DNA of 64,000 nucleotides from an uncultured Thermotogaceae bacterium (GCA_964462525.1 CAYWWY010000007.1:19963-83962), one strand, 5' to 3'; positions 29,446 to 39,158 are shown, counted from the stretch's first letter. Notes: generated by a model from the sequence alone, not told the origin. Numbers and translations: made by a program.

Positions 29446-30529
29446 AAAAAGGCAAATTCTCCCAAAAGGGTACTCGATTCTTGTGTCTGTACTCTCCATT
29501 GTTTTCGCTCTGTTGCTCATGGGACTGATCCTGCTGATCTTTGGGGCGGATCCCGCAAAAGCCTATCAGGAATTGTTCACATGGCCCTTTTTTCCGTCAA
29601 TGGGGTTGCAAGATACGGTCGTCAAGATGATCCCGTTGCTGATTATCTCTCTTGGCCTAGCAATCACCTTCAAGATGAAGATCTGGAATATCGGAGGGGA
29701 AGGCCAGTTCTTCATGGGTGGTATGTTTACGACTTTTGGTGCTCTGTACGTATTCGGAGCCGATCAGTCTCCATGGGTGGTCATACCTCTCCTTTTGGTC
29801 TTCGGTTTTTTGGGTGGGGCATTCTGGGCCTCAATCGTCGCATTTCTGAAGACCTTTCTGAAGATCGACGAAATTCTTGTCACATTGATGCTGAACTACG
29901 TGGCTATGTATTGGGTCGATCACTTGATATACGGGCCCTGGAAGGATCCTCGTGGATTTAACTTTCCGCTCACAGCGGTATTTGCCCAAAACACACGGCT
30001 TCCTCGTATCGGCTCAACTACCATACACGGTGGATTGTTCCTGGCCCTGGCTTTGGTAATTGTGGTATATCTGCTCATGAAGAGAAGCCGTTGGGGACAC
30101 GAGCTAGAGATCATCGGCGACAACCCTGTTGCGGGACGGTATGCGGGGTTTTCCGTTCGCAAGAACATTTTTCTGACCCTCATGATCAGTGGGGGACTTG
30201 CTGGATTGTCTGGATCGGTGCAGCTTCTTGGAGTTCAACATCGCCTTCAGAGAGGGTTTTCAATGGGGTACGGATTCACTGCGATTATTGTTGCATGGCT
30301 TTCGAAACTGAATCCTTGGGCAATGGCTTTGACCTCTTTCCTTTTCGCCGGTTTGATCATCGGGAGTGAGCAATTGCAAATCGTTATGCGTCTCCCAGTG
30401 GCTATGGTGAATGTCTTACAGGGATTGGTTCTTTTGTGCTTGCTTATCACAGAGACGCTCTTCCGCTACCGGATTCGATGGGTATCGAAGAAAACCCATT
30501 TCGATACTTTGGATAAGGAGGCAGATTGA
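29432..30529 (+). CDS. Nucleoside ABC transporter permease
   Basis: WNIGGEGQ, EILVTLMLNY, GYGFTAIIVA. Confidence 0.92.
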   Translation: MIHIEKRQILPKGYSILVSVLSIVFALLLMGLILLIFGADPAKAYQELFTWPFFPSMGLQDTVVKMIPLLIISLGLAITFKMKIWNIGGEGQFFMGGMFTTFGALYVFGADQSPWVVIPLLLVFGFLGGAFWASIVAFLKTFLKIDEILVTLMLNYVAMYWVDHLIYGPWKDPRGFNFPLTAVFAQNTRLPRIGSTTIHGGLFLALALVIVVYLLMKRSRWGHELEIIGDNPVAGRYAGFSVRKNIFLTLMISGGLAGLSGSVQLLGVQHRLQRGFSMGYGFTAIIVAWLSKLNPWAMALTSFLFAGLIIGSEQLQIVMRLPVAMVNVLQGLVLLCLLITETLFRYRIRWVSKKTHFDTLDKEAD

Positions 30530-31458
30530 TGGACTTCCTTGTTGGTGTTTTGCAGGCTACTATCCGGGCAGGCACGCCCATTCTGCTAGCTGCTACCGGC
30601 TCAATCCTTGTGGAAAGAAGCGGAGTAATGAATCTCGGTATCGAAGGAATCATGCTCATGGGCGCAATCGGTGGCTTTGCGACTGCGATCACAACATCCA
30701 ACCTTTTCCTGGCGCTGCTTGTGGCAGCTTTGATGGGAGCCATGCTTGGATTGATTCACGCGTGGGTGTCGATAAGTCTCAGAGTCAATCAAGTCGTCAG
30801 CGGATTGGCGATCGCGATGCTGGGAGGGGGTATTTCAGGCATTTGGGGTCGAGGCTTCATTGGAAGAACAGCGGCGCGATTCGAACCCATACCGGTCCCT
30901 TTGTTATCGGAGATTCCACTACTCGGACCTACCCTCTTTCGACAAGATCTTCTGGTATATGCATCATTGCTTTTGGTAATTGCTTTGTGGGTCTTCCTTT
31001 TCCGGACAAGGGGAGGGATGGTTCTCCGATCTGTGGGAGAAGCCCCTGACGCGGCCGATGCGAGAGGAATCTCTGTGTACGGGGTGAGATACCTTGCAAC
31101 AGTGTGCGGTTGCGCCATTGTCGCTATAGGTGGAGCCTATCTCTCATTGGCCTATACTTCGATGTGGATCGAGAATATGACTGCTGGTCGAGGATGGATC
31201 ACTGTGGCCTTGGTGATCTTTTCAACATGGGATCCACTGAAGGCATTGCTCGGGGCGTACATCTTCGGCGGAGTAACTGCTATCCAACTCCGACTCCAAA
31301 CGATCGGAGTCAACATCTCATCTCACATCCTCATGATGTTTCCCTATCTCGCCACATTGATCGTAATCGTACTGTTCAATTCCAGCGAGAGGATCCGTAG
31401 AAGAATGGGAGTTCCCAGCCAGCTGGGCATTCCTTATTCTCGGGAAGACAAGAGCTAA
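30529..31458 (+). CDS. Nucleoside ABC transporter permease
   Basis: ERSGVMNLGIEG, VGE.P.AADARG, GRGW..VALV. Confidence 0.92.
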   Translation: MDFLVGVLQATIRAGTPILLAATGSILVERSGVMNLGIEGIMLMGAIGGFATAITTSNLFLALLVAALMGAMLGLIHAWVSISLRVNQVVSGLAIAMLGGGISGIWGRGFIGRTAARFEPIPVPLLSEIPLLGPTLFRQDLLVYASLLLVIALWVFLFRTRGGMVLRSVGEAPDAADARGISVYGVRYLATVCGCAIVAIGGAYLSLAYTSMWIENMTAGRGWITVALVIFSTWDPLKALLGAYIFGGVTAIQLRLQTIGVNISSHILMMFPYLATLIVIVLFNSSERIRRRMGVPSQLGIPYSREDKS

Positions 31459-31676
31459 GAACCCCCCTGTTCAACGAAACCGGCAGGGCGCTTTTCATGA
31501 ATGAACCCCCACCTGTACTTAATAGGGTTGAAGGCCCCCAACAAATTCGGATTTTACGATATGAGCGGCATTGTTTTCGGGTGGTGCAACGATTTGTATC
31601 ATGAGGATTATTATATCGAAGGAGAAAAGATCAATCCTGTTGAATTCAGAATCACCGGAACACTCACTCAATAAGT

Positions 31677-31693
31677 GTCGCTTGATATGCGAC
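31677..31693. promoter_or_regulatory. Palindromic candidate operator upstream of the vWA gene
   Basis: GTCGC-N7-GCGAC upstream of a TGcTATCAT -10-like box. Confidence 0.45.
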
Positions 31694-31750
31694 CCTCGCT
31701 CCATTGATCCGTGCTATCATTCCTCCTGTAAAAAAACGGAGGTGAGGCCG

Positions 31751-32398
31751 ATGGACAATCGGGCGACTGATTTGGTTTTCATTCTGGATCGAAGTGGGTC
31801 GATGAGCGGGTTGGAAAGCGACACGATTGGCGGTTTTAACGCGTTTTTAAAGAAACAACAGGCTGAGCCTGGTGCAGCCTTTGTGACAACGGTCTTGTTC
31901 AACGATGAGTACGAATTGCTGCACCATCGGGTCATGATTCAAGACATCCCGCCTATCACCGAAAAAGTGTACTTTGTCGGAGGGACCACGGCATTGTTTG
32001 ACGCGATCGGGAAAACCATACACATGATGGATCGATGGGGAACTCCGAATGAAGATCAGAACCATTGCGACCAACTCTTATTTGTGATTACCACAGATGG
32101 GCTCGAAAACGCAAGCCGAGAATACTCCTTTGAAATGATCCGACAGATGATCGGGCAGAAAAAGGGAGTTGGGTGGGAGTTTGTTTTTTTGGGAGCAAAC
32201 ATCGATGCAATTGCGGTGGCTCGTACGATAGGTATCCATGAAAGCAGATCCGCCACGTACCACGCTGATGAAAAAGGAATCTGCGCCAACTATGAAGCAA
32301 TCCATTCTCTCGCTATGGGGTACAGAAGGATTGGAACGGTTCAAGAAGATTGGAAGCTGAGAATCGAAGATGACTTTCATAGAAGAAAGCATGGTTGA
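31751..32398 (+). CDS. vWA domain-containing protein
   Basis: MIDAS FILDRSGSM, GTTALFDAIG, ITTDGLENAS, FLGAN; GGAGGTGA RBS. Confidence 0.9.
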   Translation: MDNRATDLVFILDRSGSMSGLESDTIGGFNAFLKKQQAEPGAAFVTTVLFNDEYELLHHRVMIQDIPPITEKVYFVGGTTALFDAIGKTIHMMDRWGTPNEDQNHCDQLLFVITTDGLENASREYSFEMIRQMIGQKKGVGWEFVFLGANIDAIAVARTIGIHESRSATYHADEKGICANYEAIHSLAMGYRRIGTVQEDWKLRIEDDFHRRKHG

Positions 32399-32555
32399 AT
32401 CCGTCCCATCACTCTCTTAGCCCGGATTGGCATAACAAGGCTTGCATCTTTTTCTGTTTTGTGCTAAGATCGATTCGCGAAAAACCCTTCTTATTTGGGC
32501 AGAGAGGGAGGTACATGATGTCCATGATCATTGTCTTGTTGGTGGCATCATCCAT

Positions 32556-33062
32556 ATGCTAAACGAAAAGGTGTTTCACCAGATCCAATCGTACATCAAA
32601 AAGTATTATCAGGAAGCAAAAACACCAGTTGAAGTCCGAGAATCAGCGTGTTATCAGGAAATGTTCAGCCCCACCGAGCTTACGGTCAGGAAGCCTGAAC
32701 TTGAGGAAAAGCTGAGCCATCCTGAGGAGACATTCTCCCAAGCGTTGTTTCATTGGATTCAAAAAAAAGAACTCTCTGAAGTGGAAACCTATAAAAAGGC
32801 GAATATCGATCGAAAGCTGTTTTCCAAAATCCGCACCGACAAAGACTACCGCCCCTCCAAATCAACTGCGGTCGCGCTGGCAATCGCTTTAGAACTAAAC
32901 CTGGATCAAGCAAAGCAACTGCTTCACAAAGCAGGATATGCCCTGTCGCGTTGCAGCAAATTTGATATCATTATCACATACTTTTTCGAAGAGGAAAATT
33001 ACGATATCTTTGAGATCAATGAAGCCTTATTCGCTTTCGATCAGGTTCTTCTTGGGGCTTGA
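32556..33062 (+). CDS. XRE-like HTH protein (domain usually fused to a macro domain)
   Basis: TFSQ.L...I.KK...VE.YKKANIDRKLFSKIR....Y.PSK....LAIALEL...LL.KAGY. Confidence 0.78.
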   Translation: MLNEKVFHQIQSYIKKYYQEAKTPVEVRESACYQEMFSPTELTVRKPELEEKLSHPEETFSQALFHWIQKKELSEVETYKKANIDRKLFSKIRTDKDYRPSKSTAVALAIALELNLDQAKQLLHKAGYALSRCSKFDIIITYFFEEENYDIFEINEALFAFDQVLLGA

Positions 33063-33109
33063 ATTGATGTGGAACTTAGATTCATCTAGAAAAAAACGAA
33101 ACGAGGAGG

Positions 33110-33898
33110 ATGCCCATGGATTTTGTGGAGCACAATCGGGAAGCATGGAAGCGCGAGGTTGAAAAGGAAAACCCTTGGACCCGACCCGTAGATCGAGATG
33201 TTATACAGAAGGCTCGGCAAGGAGATTGGAGTGTTTTACTCACTCCAACGAAACCGGTGCCAAAACCATGGTTTCCCGAACTGGAAAAGATCCAGCTCTT
33301 ATGCCTTGCTTGTGGTGGGGGACAGCAAGCACCTGTGTTTGCGACCCTCGGAGCCGATGTTACCGTTTTTGACAACTGCCCGGCTCAATTGGAAAAAGAT
33401 CGAGAGGTAGCTGAAAGAGAGGGATTAACTCTCGCATTGGAGCAGGGAGATATGCGCGATCTATCTCGGTTTCCGGATGAATGGTTTTCGTTAATCTTCC
33501 ATCCTACATCGAATTGTTTTGTTGACGACATACTTGCAGTTTGGAGAGAATCCTATCGCGTTTTGAAACAAGGAGGTATACTGCTTTCCGGGTTCTGCAA
33601 TCCCGTTACCTTTATTTTTGATTTGAAGGAATGGGACGATCACAAAAATCTTGTGGTTCGGTACAAAATCCCTTATTCCGATTTACAACAGCTCCCCAAA
33701 GAAGAACTGGATGCTCGGATCAACGCCAAAGAGACTTTGGAGTTTGGGCATTCCTTGGAAGATCAGATTGGTGGGCAAATAGCGGCTGGTTTTTCCATTC
33801 AGGGTTTCTACGAGGACTCCTCTGGTGGAGACCTCCTGGACTCGTATCTGAATACATTCATTGCAACCAAAGCGATAAAAGGATCACCAACGAGCTAA
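33110..33898 (+). CDS. Class I SAM-dependent methyltransferase
   Basis: LCLACGGGQQ, GDM.DLS.F.D..F..I. Confidence 0.88.
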   Translation: MPMDFVEHNREAWKREVEKENPWTRPVDRDVIQKARQGDWSVLLTPTKPVPKPWFPELEKIQLLCLACGGGQQAPVFATLGADVTVFDNCPAQLEKDREVAEREGLTLALEQGDMRDLSRFPDEWFSLIFHPTSNCFVDDILAVWRESYRVLKQGGILLSGFCNPVTFIFDLKEWDDHKNLVVRYKIPYSDLQQLPKEELDARINAKETLEFGHSLEDQIGGQIAAGFSIQGFYEDSSGGDLLDSYLNTFIATKAIKGSPTS

Positions 33899-33968
33899 AT
33901 AGCCTCTCGCTGAAATGGGAATGCGGCTCGATGATCCCTCAGTGAAGAAAAGAATCGGAGGTCATGCA

Positions 33969-34829
33969 GTGGTTGACAAGATCGAATACAAGACATTGGA
34001 AGACGAGAAGATCGAATCTCTTCATCAGGCATTTCTGGACGCTTTTTCGGAGTATGAAATCCCGATTCATCTGCCTTTGGACCGGTTTCAAGAAATGTTG
34101 GAAACAAGAAGCTATCATCGTTCCTTCTCTGTCGGAGCCTATATCCATAATCGGTTGGTCGGTTTTGTTTGCGCCGGGGTTCGGGAGGGTCCCAATGATC
34201 GATTAGAAGGGTATGATGTGGCAACAGGAATTATCCAAGAGTATCAGAAGAAAGGCATCGGGAGTGAAATCACTCGAGTTTTGCTGAGAAAGATGAGGCA
34301 CCAGGGTTTTCGCCGCTTTACCCTTGAAGTACTTGAAAACAATATACCAGCCCAGAAAGCGTATCTAAAGAACGGATTCCAAATAACCCGAAAACTGCAT
34401 TGCTATCGAATCCATCCGAAAGGATCGGATAAGGAACCAGAAGCATTCTTGATATCAGATGAAGGCGCTTTGGTCGGTATCGATGAATCAATCATGAATT
34501 CCTTTTCTCCTTCATGGCAAAACTCCTTTGCTTCCTATCGCAACAAAAAAGAAAACCATCATATCCTGGTCATACATGATCCCAATCAAACGATTATTGG
34601 CTACGGGATCATCCATAAAGAGTCGGGGAATATCCTTCAAATTGGCACCGCTGACCATCCAAATCGAAAGAACCTTGTAGAAAGAGTCTTCCGTTCGATG
34701 GCTCTCGCTGTACCCAAAGAAAGCTATTCGGTTTTAAACATTGAAGAAGGTTCATGGATGGGTAAAATCCTACCTTCGCTGGGGTTTGCCCATTTTTTAA
34801 GTCAGCATGAAATGGAGTTTCTTTTTTAG
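33969..34829 (+). CDS. GNAT family N-acetyltransferase
   Basis: AFSEY, TGII.EYQKKGIG, LEVLENN..A...Y...GF; GTG start behind GGAGG. Confidence 0.85.
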   Translation: MVDKIEYKTLEDEKIESLHQAFLDAFSEYEIPIHLPLDRFQEMLETRSYHRSFSVGAYIHNRLVGFVCAGVREGPNDRLEGYDVATGIIQEYQKKGIGSEITRVLLRKMRHQGFRRFTLEVLENNIPAQKAYLKNGFQITRKLHCYRIHPKGSDKEPEAFLISDEGALVGIDESIMNSFSPSWQNSFASYRNKKENHHILVIHDPNQTIIGYGIIHKESGNILQIGTADHPNRKNLVERVFRSMALAVPKESYSVLNIEEGSWMGKILPSLGFAHFLSQHEMEFLF

Positions 34830-34897
34830 GTTTGCTTTACGGAAGGGTTCGGATGAAAGAAGCCGGAATCATTAATCCTTTCATGAAAAGAAAGCAT

Positions 34898-34934
34898 AAA
34901 AAAACCCTCAACTTTTTGATTGGTTGAGGGTTTT
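34898..34934. terminator. Bidirectional Rho-independent terminator
   Basis: AAAACCCTCAAC-loop-GTTGAGGGTTTT flanked by A and T runs, between convergent units. Confidence 0.8.
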
Positions 34935-34966
34935 CTAAGAGGTCAAAGATTTGCGACTGAATTGAC

Positions 34967-35068
34967 TCATGCTCTATATCCTAATTCGAAGGATCGGTCG
35001 TATATGTCGTCATAAATCTCTTCCAACCTCCGAGGTTTCTTTAATAACAAGGATTTCTTATACACCAT
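34967..35068 (-). CDS. 33-aa small protein MVYKKSLLLKKPRRLEEIYDDIYDRSFELGYRA (not in ORF track)
   Basis: Perfect AAGGAGGTGA RBS, ATG start, TGA stop; C-terminus shared with the neighbouring small ORF. Confidence 0.75.
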   Translation of the reverse strand: MVYKKSLLLKKPRRLEEIYDDIYDRSFELGYRA

Positions 35069-35095
35069 GGTGCTCACCTCCTTTTTCATGGGTCT

Positions 35096-35197
35096 CTACG
35101 CTCGGAATCCCAGTGTGTAGACGTTGATAAAACTCTCTCTTTGGACCTTCTCTACTCTGTGGCTCATCTCGGCTGCGCTCACGGTTCGTTTCTTCAT
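35096..35197 (-). CDS. 33-aa small protein MKKRTVSAAEMSHRVEKVQRESFINVYTLGFRA (not in ORF track)
   Basis: Perfect AAGGAGGTGA RBS, ATG start, TAG stop; directly downstream of a promoter. Confidence 0.75.
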   Translation of the reverse strand: MKKRTVSAAEMSHRVEKVQRESFINVYTLGFRA

Positions 35198-35230
35198 TGT
35201 GTTCACCTCCTTTTTTTGATTTTCACTGAT

Positions 35231-35261
35231 ATTGTACCCTATGAGCTTTGCTCCCTGTCAA
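35231..35261 (-). promoter_or_regulatory. Sigma70-type promoter with 19-bp spacer for the small-peptide operon
   Basis: TTGACA-N19-TACAAT; spacer contains the dyad GAGC-AAA-GCTC. Confidence 0.6.
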
Positions 35262-35471
35262 CACCCAAAACAGATCAAAACAGGTAACAATTGAGTAAAC
35301 TGCGGAGTTGACTCCTTGAAAGAGCGAATAGAAGTCTTTTCACTTAGGAAGGACATAAGAATAGCGAGAAAAAAACCATGAAGGGAATCGAGACAGTGTT
35401 GGCCAGAATCTCCGCTGGAACAGGTTAATAATGGATCATTGGGGAAGAATCGACCCGAAAAGGCTTAGGTT

Positions 35472-35699
35472 TCAACGATTTCGATTGGTTTTCTCGTTTC
35501 CTCGTTTAAAATTACCTGTTGCTTTTGCCATGATCATTTGCCCTTCAGCAGAGGGTGCGCTTGCAATCTTTTCTAAAAAACGCTCTCCCTCCGAACCCTT
35601 TAGGGTTCTCACTGTTTTTCGGTTCCATTCGATAAAGACCTTGCCATTTTTTGTGATACGATAGGAAAAGACATTTGCTTCCGGATTGCTTGGTTCCAT
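35472..35699 (-). CDS. Conserved small hypothetical protein
   Basis: FSYRITK.GKVFI.W....V..LKG....FL..I......Q..MAK.TGNFKRGNE; AAAAGGAG RBS. Confidence 0.75.
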   Translation of the reverse strand: MEPSNPEANVFSYRITKNGKVFIEWNRKTVRTLKGSEGERFLEKIASAPSAEGQMIMAKATGNFKRGNEKTNRNR

Positions 35700-35854
35700 T
35701 TGAACGCTCTCCTTTTGACTCTAATGAATTGTTGGAACGATTGATCATTGAGGAATTATAGCATGTACAATTACCAATCGGGTAGGGACGGGGAAAATGA
35801 TGTACTTTTCCCTCAGAAATACTATTTTGCATTCAATGAAGAAAGGGTGAAACC

Positions 35855-36553
35855 ATGAGGGTTTATACAAAAGAAAAAGGGAATGTGGTTGAGTTTGGAA
35901 TTGCGGATTTTGATCCGAAGTATCGGCCTGTTTTAAAAATGTGTTTCTATGAAGACAAGGGAGACACATTCACGAAAACCTTCCTGAAAGATTCACCACA
36001 CATGGAAGCAATTCGCGCCCATTACGTACTGAATGCGAAAAGGATGTTTGACCAGTTGGGGTATTGGATCCCAATTCCATGGGAAACAGCACTGGAAGCT
36101 TTCTGTCAAAGGATCAAAGATCAGAACATCGATTGGTGGTTGGTTGGCAGCTGTTCGGCTTGCGTTCGAGGAATTCCGCTACATCCCCACGATATCGACA
36201 TAATGATCGATTCGAAAGATACAGAAAAGGTTACCGATTTGTTTGCGGGGGATCTTATTGAACCTATGATCAACACGGAAGGATGGGTAACGAAAGAATT
36301 TGGTGTTGTTTTTCTTCATGCGCGGATTGACATTGCTTCCGATCCATCGGAATCATTGGACCATCCCGATCCGGTCGATTGTGGACCTTATGCAAAACAG
36401 CACCTTGAACACGTGCAATGGCGTGGATTCACGATACCAGTTCCTCCGATTGAGTTTTTGGTTCAATCCAATCGGAAGAGACGAAGAACAGATCGCGTTC
36501 AGATCCTTGAGGAATATTTGGTCAGTCACAAGCCTTCGTCAGAGAGGCTCTGA
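35855..36553 (+). CDS. Nucleotidyltransferase domain protein (Pol-beta superfamily, ANT(2'')/LinA-like)
   Basis: WWLVGS....RG....HDIDI motif. Confidence 0.78.
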   Translation: MRVYTKEKGNVVEFGIADFDPKYRPVLKMCFYEDKGDTFTKTFLKDSPHMEAIRAHYVLNAKRMFDQLGYWIPIPWETALEAFCQRIKDQNIDWWLVGSCSACVRGIPLHPHDIDIMIDSKDTEKVTDLFAGDLIEPMINTEGWVTKEFGVVFLHARIDIASDPSESLDHPDPVDCGPYAKQHLEHVQWRGFTIPVPPIEFLVQSNRKRRRTDRVQILEEYLVSHKPSSERL

Positions 36554-39049
36554 TTCAATCAGTTCCAAGAAGACTTTTACCAGCAAAGGATCAAACTGAT
36601 GACCCGCTTCTCTTCGAAACTCTTCCGTTATTTCAGTGTGAGTTTTGGGGTTTTGGTAGGGTCTTCCTCGTTTCATGACATCATAGGCATCAACGATGGC
36701 CACAATCCGGGAAAGATACGGAATATCCCCTCCACGCGCGCCTTTAGGATATCCGTCACCATCCCATCGTTCATGATGGTGTAAGATCTCTTCCGCGACG
36801 GTTGCAAATTCCGCGCTAGATTGGGCGATTTTGTGGCCCGCGATCGGATGATTATAGATCATATTCCATTCTGCCTCGTTTAAGAAGCCTTCTTTCTTCA
36901 GAACCATTTCCGGTGTTTCCAGATACCCGATATCGTGTAACGAGACCAACATCTTCAGGCGTAGCTGCTCCTCCATCGAAAGGTTCAGCTTCCTTGCCAA
37001 GAGTTGCGCGGCCCGGTTCATACTCTCGATGTGCTCCATCGTTTCCAGGCTTTTCTCTTCCAGTATCCTCAAAAAAGTATGCAAGGCGATATTGGCTCCG
37101 CTCCGCCGCTCATAAGTTTTGTTTTCGTACATATGGTTTTCTGCCTCAGTAAGTACATCTTCCAAGAGTTGCTCCGGTTTTTGCTTCACCGCCAACCCCA
37201 AAGCGACGGAAATAGGAAGACCCAATTCAGACTTATTTTCGGATCTACCGGCTTTTTTTGATAATGAACGAATTCTGTCGCAGACAATCAGCCCCTGTTC
37301 TTGGTTAGTGGAAGGAAGGAAGATGACGAACTCATCTCCGCCCCACCGAGCAATGATGTCTTCTTTTCGGCAGGCTTTTCGGAAGATTTCGGCCGTTTCT
37401 ATAAGCATTTCATCCCCTACCGAATGACCAAAGCTATCGTTTGCCAACTTCAATCCGTTTAAATCGGCCATGATCAAACAGATGGGCAGCTGCCGCGGTT
37501 GATCCAGTCGAATCATTTCTTCTTCAAGGTACCGACGATTGTACAAACCGGTAAGACTATCATGAAAGCTCACAAATCGGATCTTCTCTTCTTTTTGCTT
37601 TCGTTCGGTAATATCGCGGACTACGCTTTGGATGTGCATTGGCAGTCCTTGTTCGTCGCGAACGAGAACCGCTTGGATCTCAGTGTTGAGAAGGGTACCG
37701 TCTTTTTTGAGAAAGCGTCTTTCAAAAAGGGGGAATTTCTCTCCTCTCAGCAAACGATCAATAACCATTTGGCTGTCCATCCTCTCGGCGCTGATTTCAT
37801 CAAGTGACATGGTCTTCATCTGATCTTTCGTATACTGGAACATCTCGTATGCGCGCTGATTTGCGCTAATCACAGATCCATCCAAATCCAGAAGAAAGAC
37901 TGCGTCATGGGTTTGTTCGAAAAGCGACCGGTACCGCTTTTCGCTTAACTGGAGTTCTTGGTTCTTCCGATATAGTTCATTCTCTGCAATCCGACCAATT
38001 TCCCTGGACATCTGGGCGATTTGGTTTTCGGGCATCGCATCTCCATTTTCTCCCATCTTTTCTCCTTTGATCACCGATTCGATTCTTCGGCTCAGTTGGA
38101 TCAGGGGTTGAATAAACCTTCGGCTCATTTGGCGACTTTGCATGAAACCCAATCCAACCGCAACCAAAGCTGTAAGAATGAAAAGCGTTGTGGCTCCTGC
38201 AACGATCGGTTCTAGAACCTCTTGATGATTGACAACCGTTACGACCCACCACCCTGTCGAAGAAAGATATCGGAAGTGCGCAAGTTTGTCAATCTGATCA
38301 AGACGGTACGCAAAGCTCCCCTCATCCACACGCTGAATCGCTTCAATCACCTCAGGAAGGACCAAATGAATCAAAGACTCATCATGATGCAAAATGATTG
38401 CTCCCAAAGGATTCACCACATAGCTGTAGGAACTCTGATACACTTCCCTTTCCTCGATCAATTGGGCGACCCTTTGAATGGAATACTCTATAGATACCGC
38501 TCCTGTATACCGGCCATCGGATTGGCGCAAGGCCTGACTCGTTGCGATCACCCATTCTCGCGATGTATACTCTTGATAAGGAACTCCGATCGAAACATCT
38601 GGCGCTTTTTCCATAGCAGTCCGATACCAAGGGCGAGCGGTGGGATCGAAACCCTCAGGGATTTCCCAATCATTGATCAGCATCAGTTTGTTTTCGTAAC
38701 CGGAATATATGTACAGGATGTCTTCATTATTCATAGAATGCGCGGCATACAACTCAAGCACTTTTCTATGGGCTTGTTCATCCATCAGCAAAGCATCTTG
38801 AGTTTCTCTCTGGTTTGCCAATATTGAGATGTTCCGCGCAATTTCAGAAAAGTATTGATCGATGAAAAGAGAAGCAGCAAGGTTGGTTTGTCGGATCACT
38901 GCCAGGGCTTTGGAGAACTCGCTCTGGTATAGCACGACAGAAAAGACGGCACCCAAGCAAATCACAACTACCATCGAAGATGCGATGTAAACCCGAAAGA
39001 TCTCTTTTTGGAGGGATGAACGGTTTGTTTTCTGCTTTTGTCCACTCAT
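36539..39049 (-). CDS. Cache-PAS-GGDEF-HD-GYP c-di-GMP enzyme
   Basis: dCache FDPTARPWY, PAS domain, RKED I-site plus GGDEF, HDIG, HHERWDGDGYP. Confidence 0.9.
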   Translation of the reverse strand: MSGQKQKTNRSSLQKEIFRVYIASSMVVVICLGAVFSVVLYQSEFSKALAVIRQTNLAASLFIDQYFSEIARNISILANQRETQDALLMDEQAHRKVLELYAAHSMNNEDILYIYSGYENKLMLINDWEIPEGFDPTARPWYRTAMEKAPDVSIGVPYQEYTSREWVIATSQALRQSDGRYTGAVSIEYSIQRVAQLIEEREVYQSSYSYVVNPLGAIILHHDESLIHLVLPEVIEAIQRVDEGSFAYRLDQIDKLAHFRYLSSTGWWVVTVVNHQEVLEPIVAGATTLFILTALVAVGLGFMQSRQMSRRFIQPLIQLSRRIESVIKGEKMGENGDAMPENQIAQMSREIGRIAENELYRKNQELQLSEKRYRSLFEQTHDAVFLLDLDGSVISANQRAYEMFQYTKDQMKTMSLDEISAERMDSQMVIDRLLRGEKFPLFERRFLKKDGTLLNTEIQAVLVRDEQGLPMHIQSVVRDITERKQKEEKIRFVSFHDSLTGLYNRRYLEEEMIRLDQPRQLPICLIMADLNGLKLANDSFGHSVGDEMLIETAEIFRKACRKEDIIARWGGDEFVIFLPSTNQEQGLIVCDRIRSLSKKAGRSENKSELGLPISVALGLAVKQKPEQLLEDVLTEAENHMYENKTYERRSGANIALHTFLRILEEKSLETMEHIESMNRAAQLLARKLNLSMEEQLRLKMLVSLHDIGYLETPEMVLKKEGFLNEAEWNMIYNHPIAGHKIAQSSAEFATVAEEILHHHERWDGDGYPKGARGGDIPYLSRIVAIVDAYDVMKRGRPYQNPKTHTEITEEFRREAGHQFDPLLVKVFLELIESEPL

Positions 39050-39158
39050 AATGCATCCTTTTGGGCCCAATCTGCATTCTGCTCAGATTTGAGCACACTG
39101 ATCATTATGATCTATGCCCGATTATACCACATTGGTTAAATCGAAAAAGAAAAAAGGG

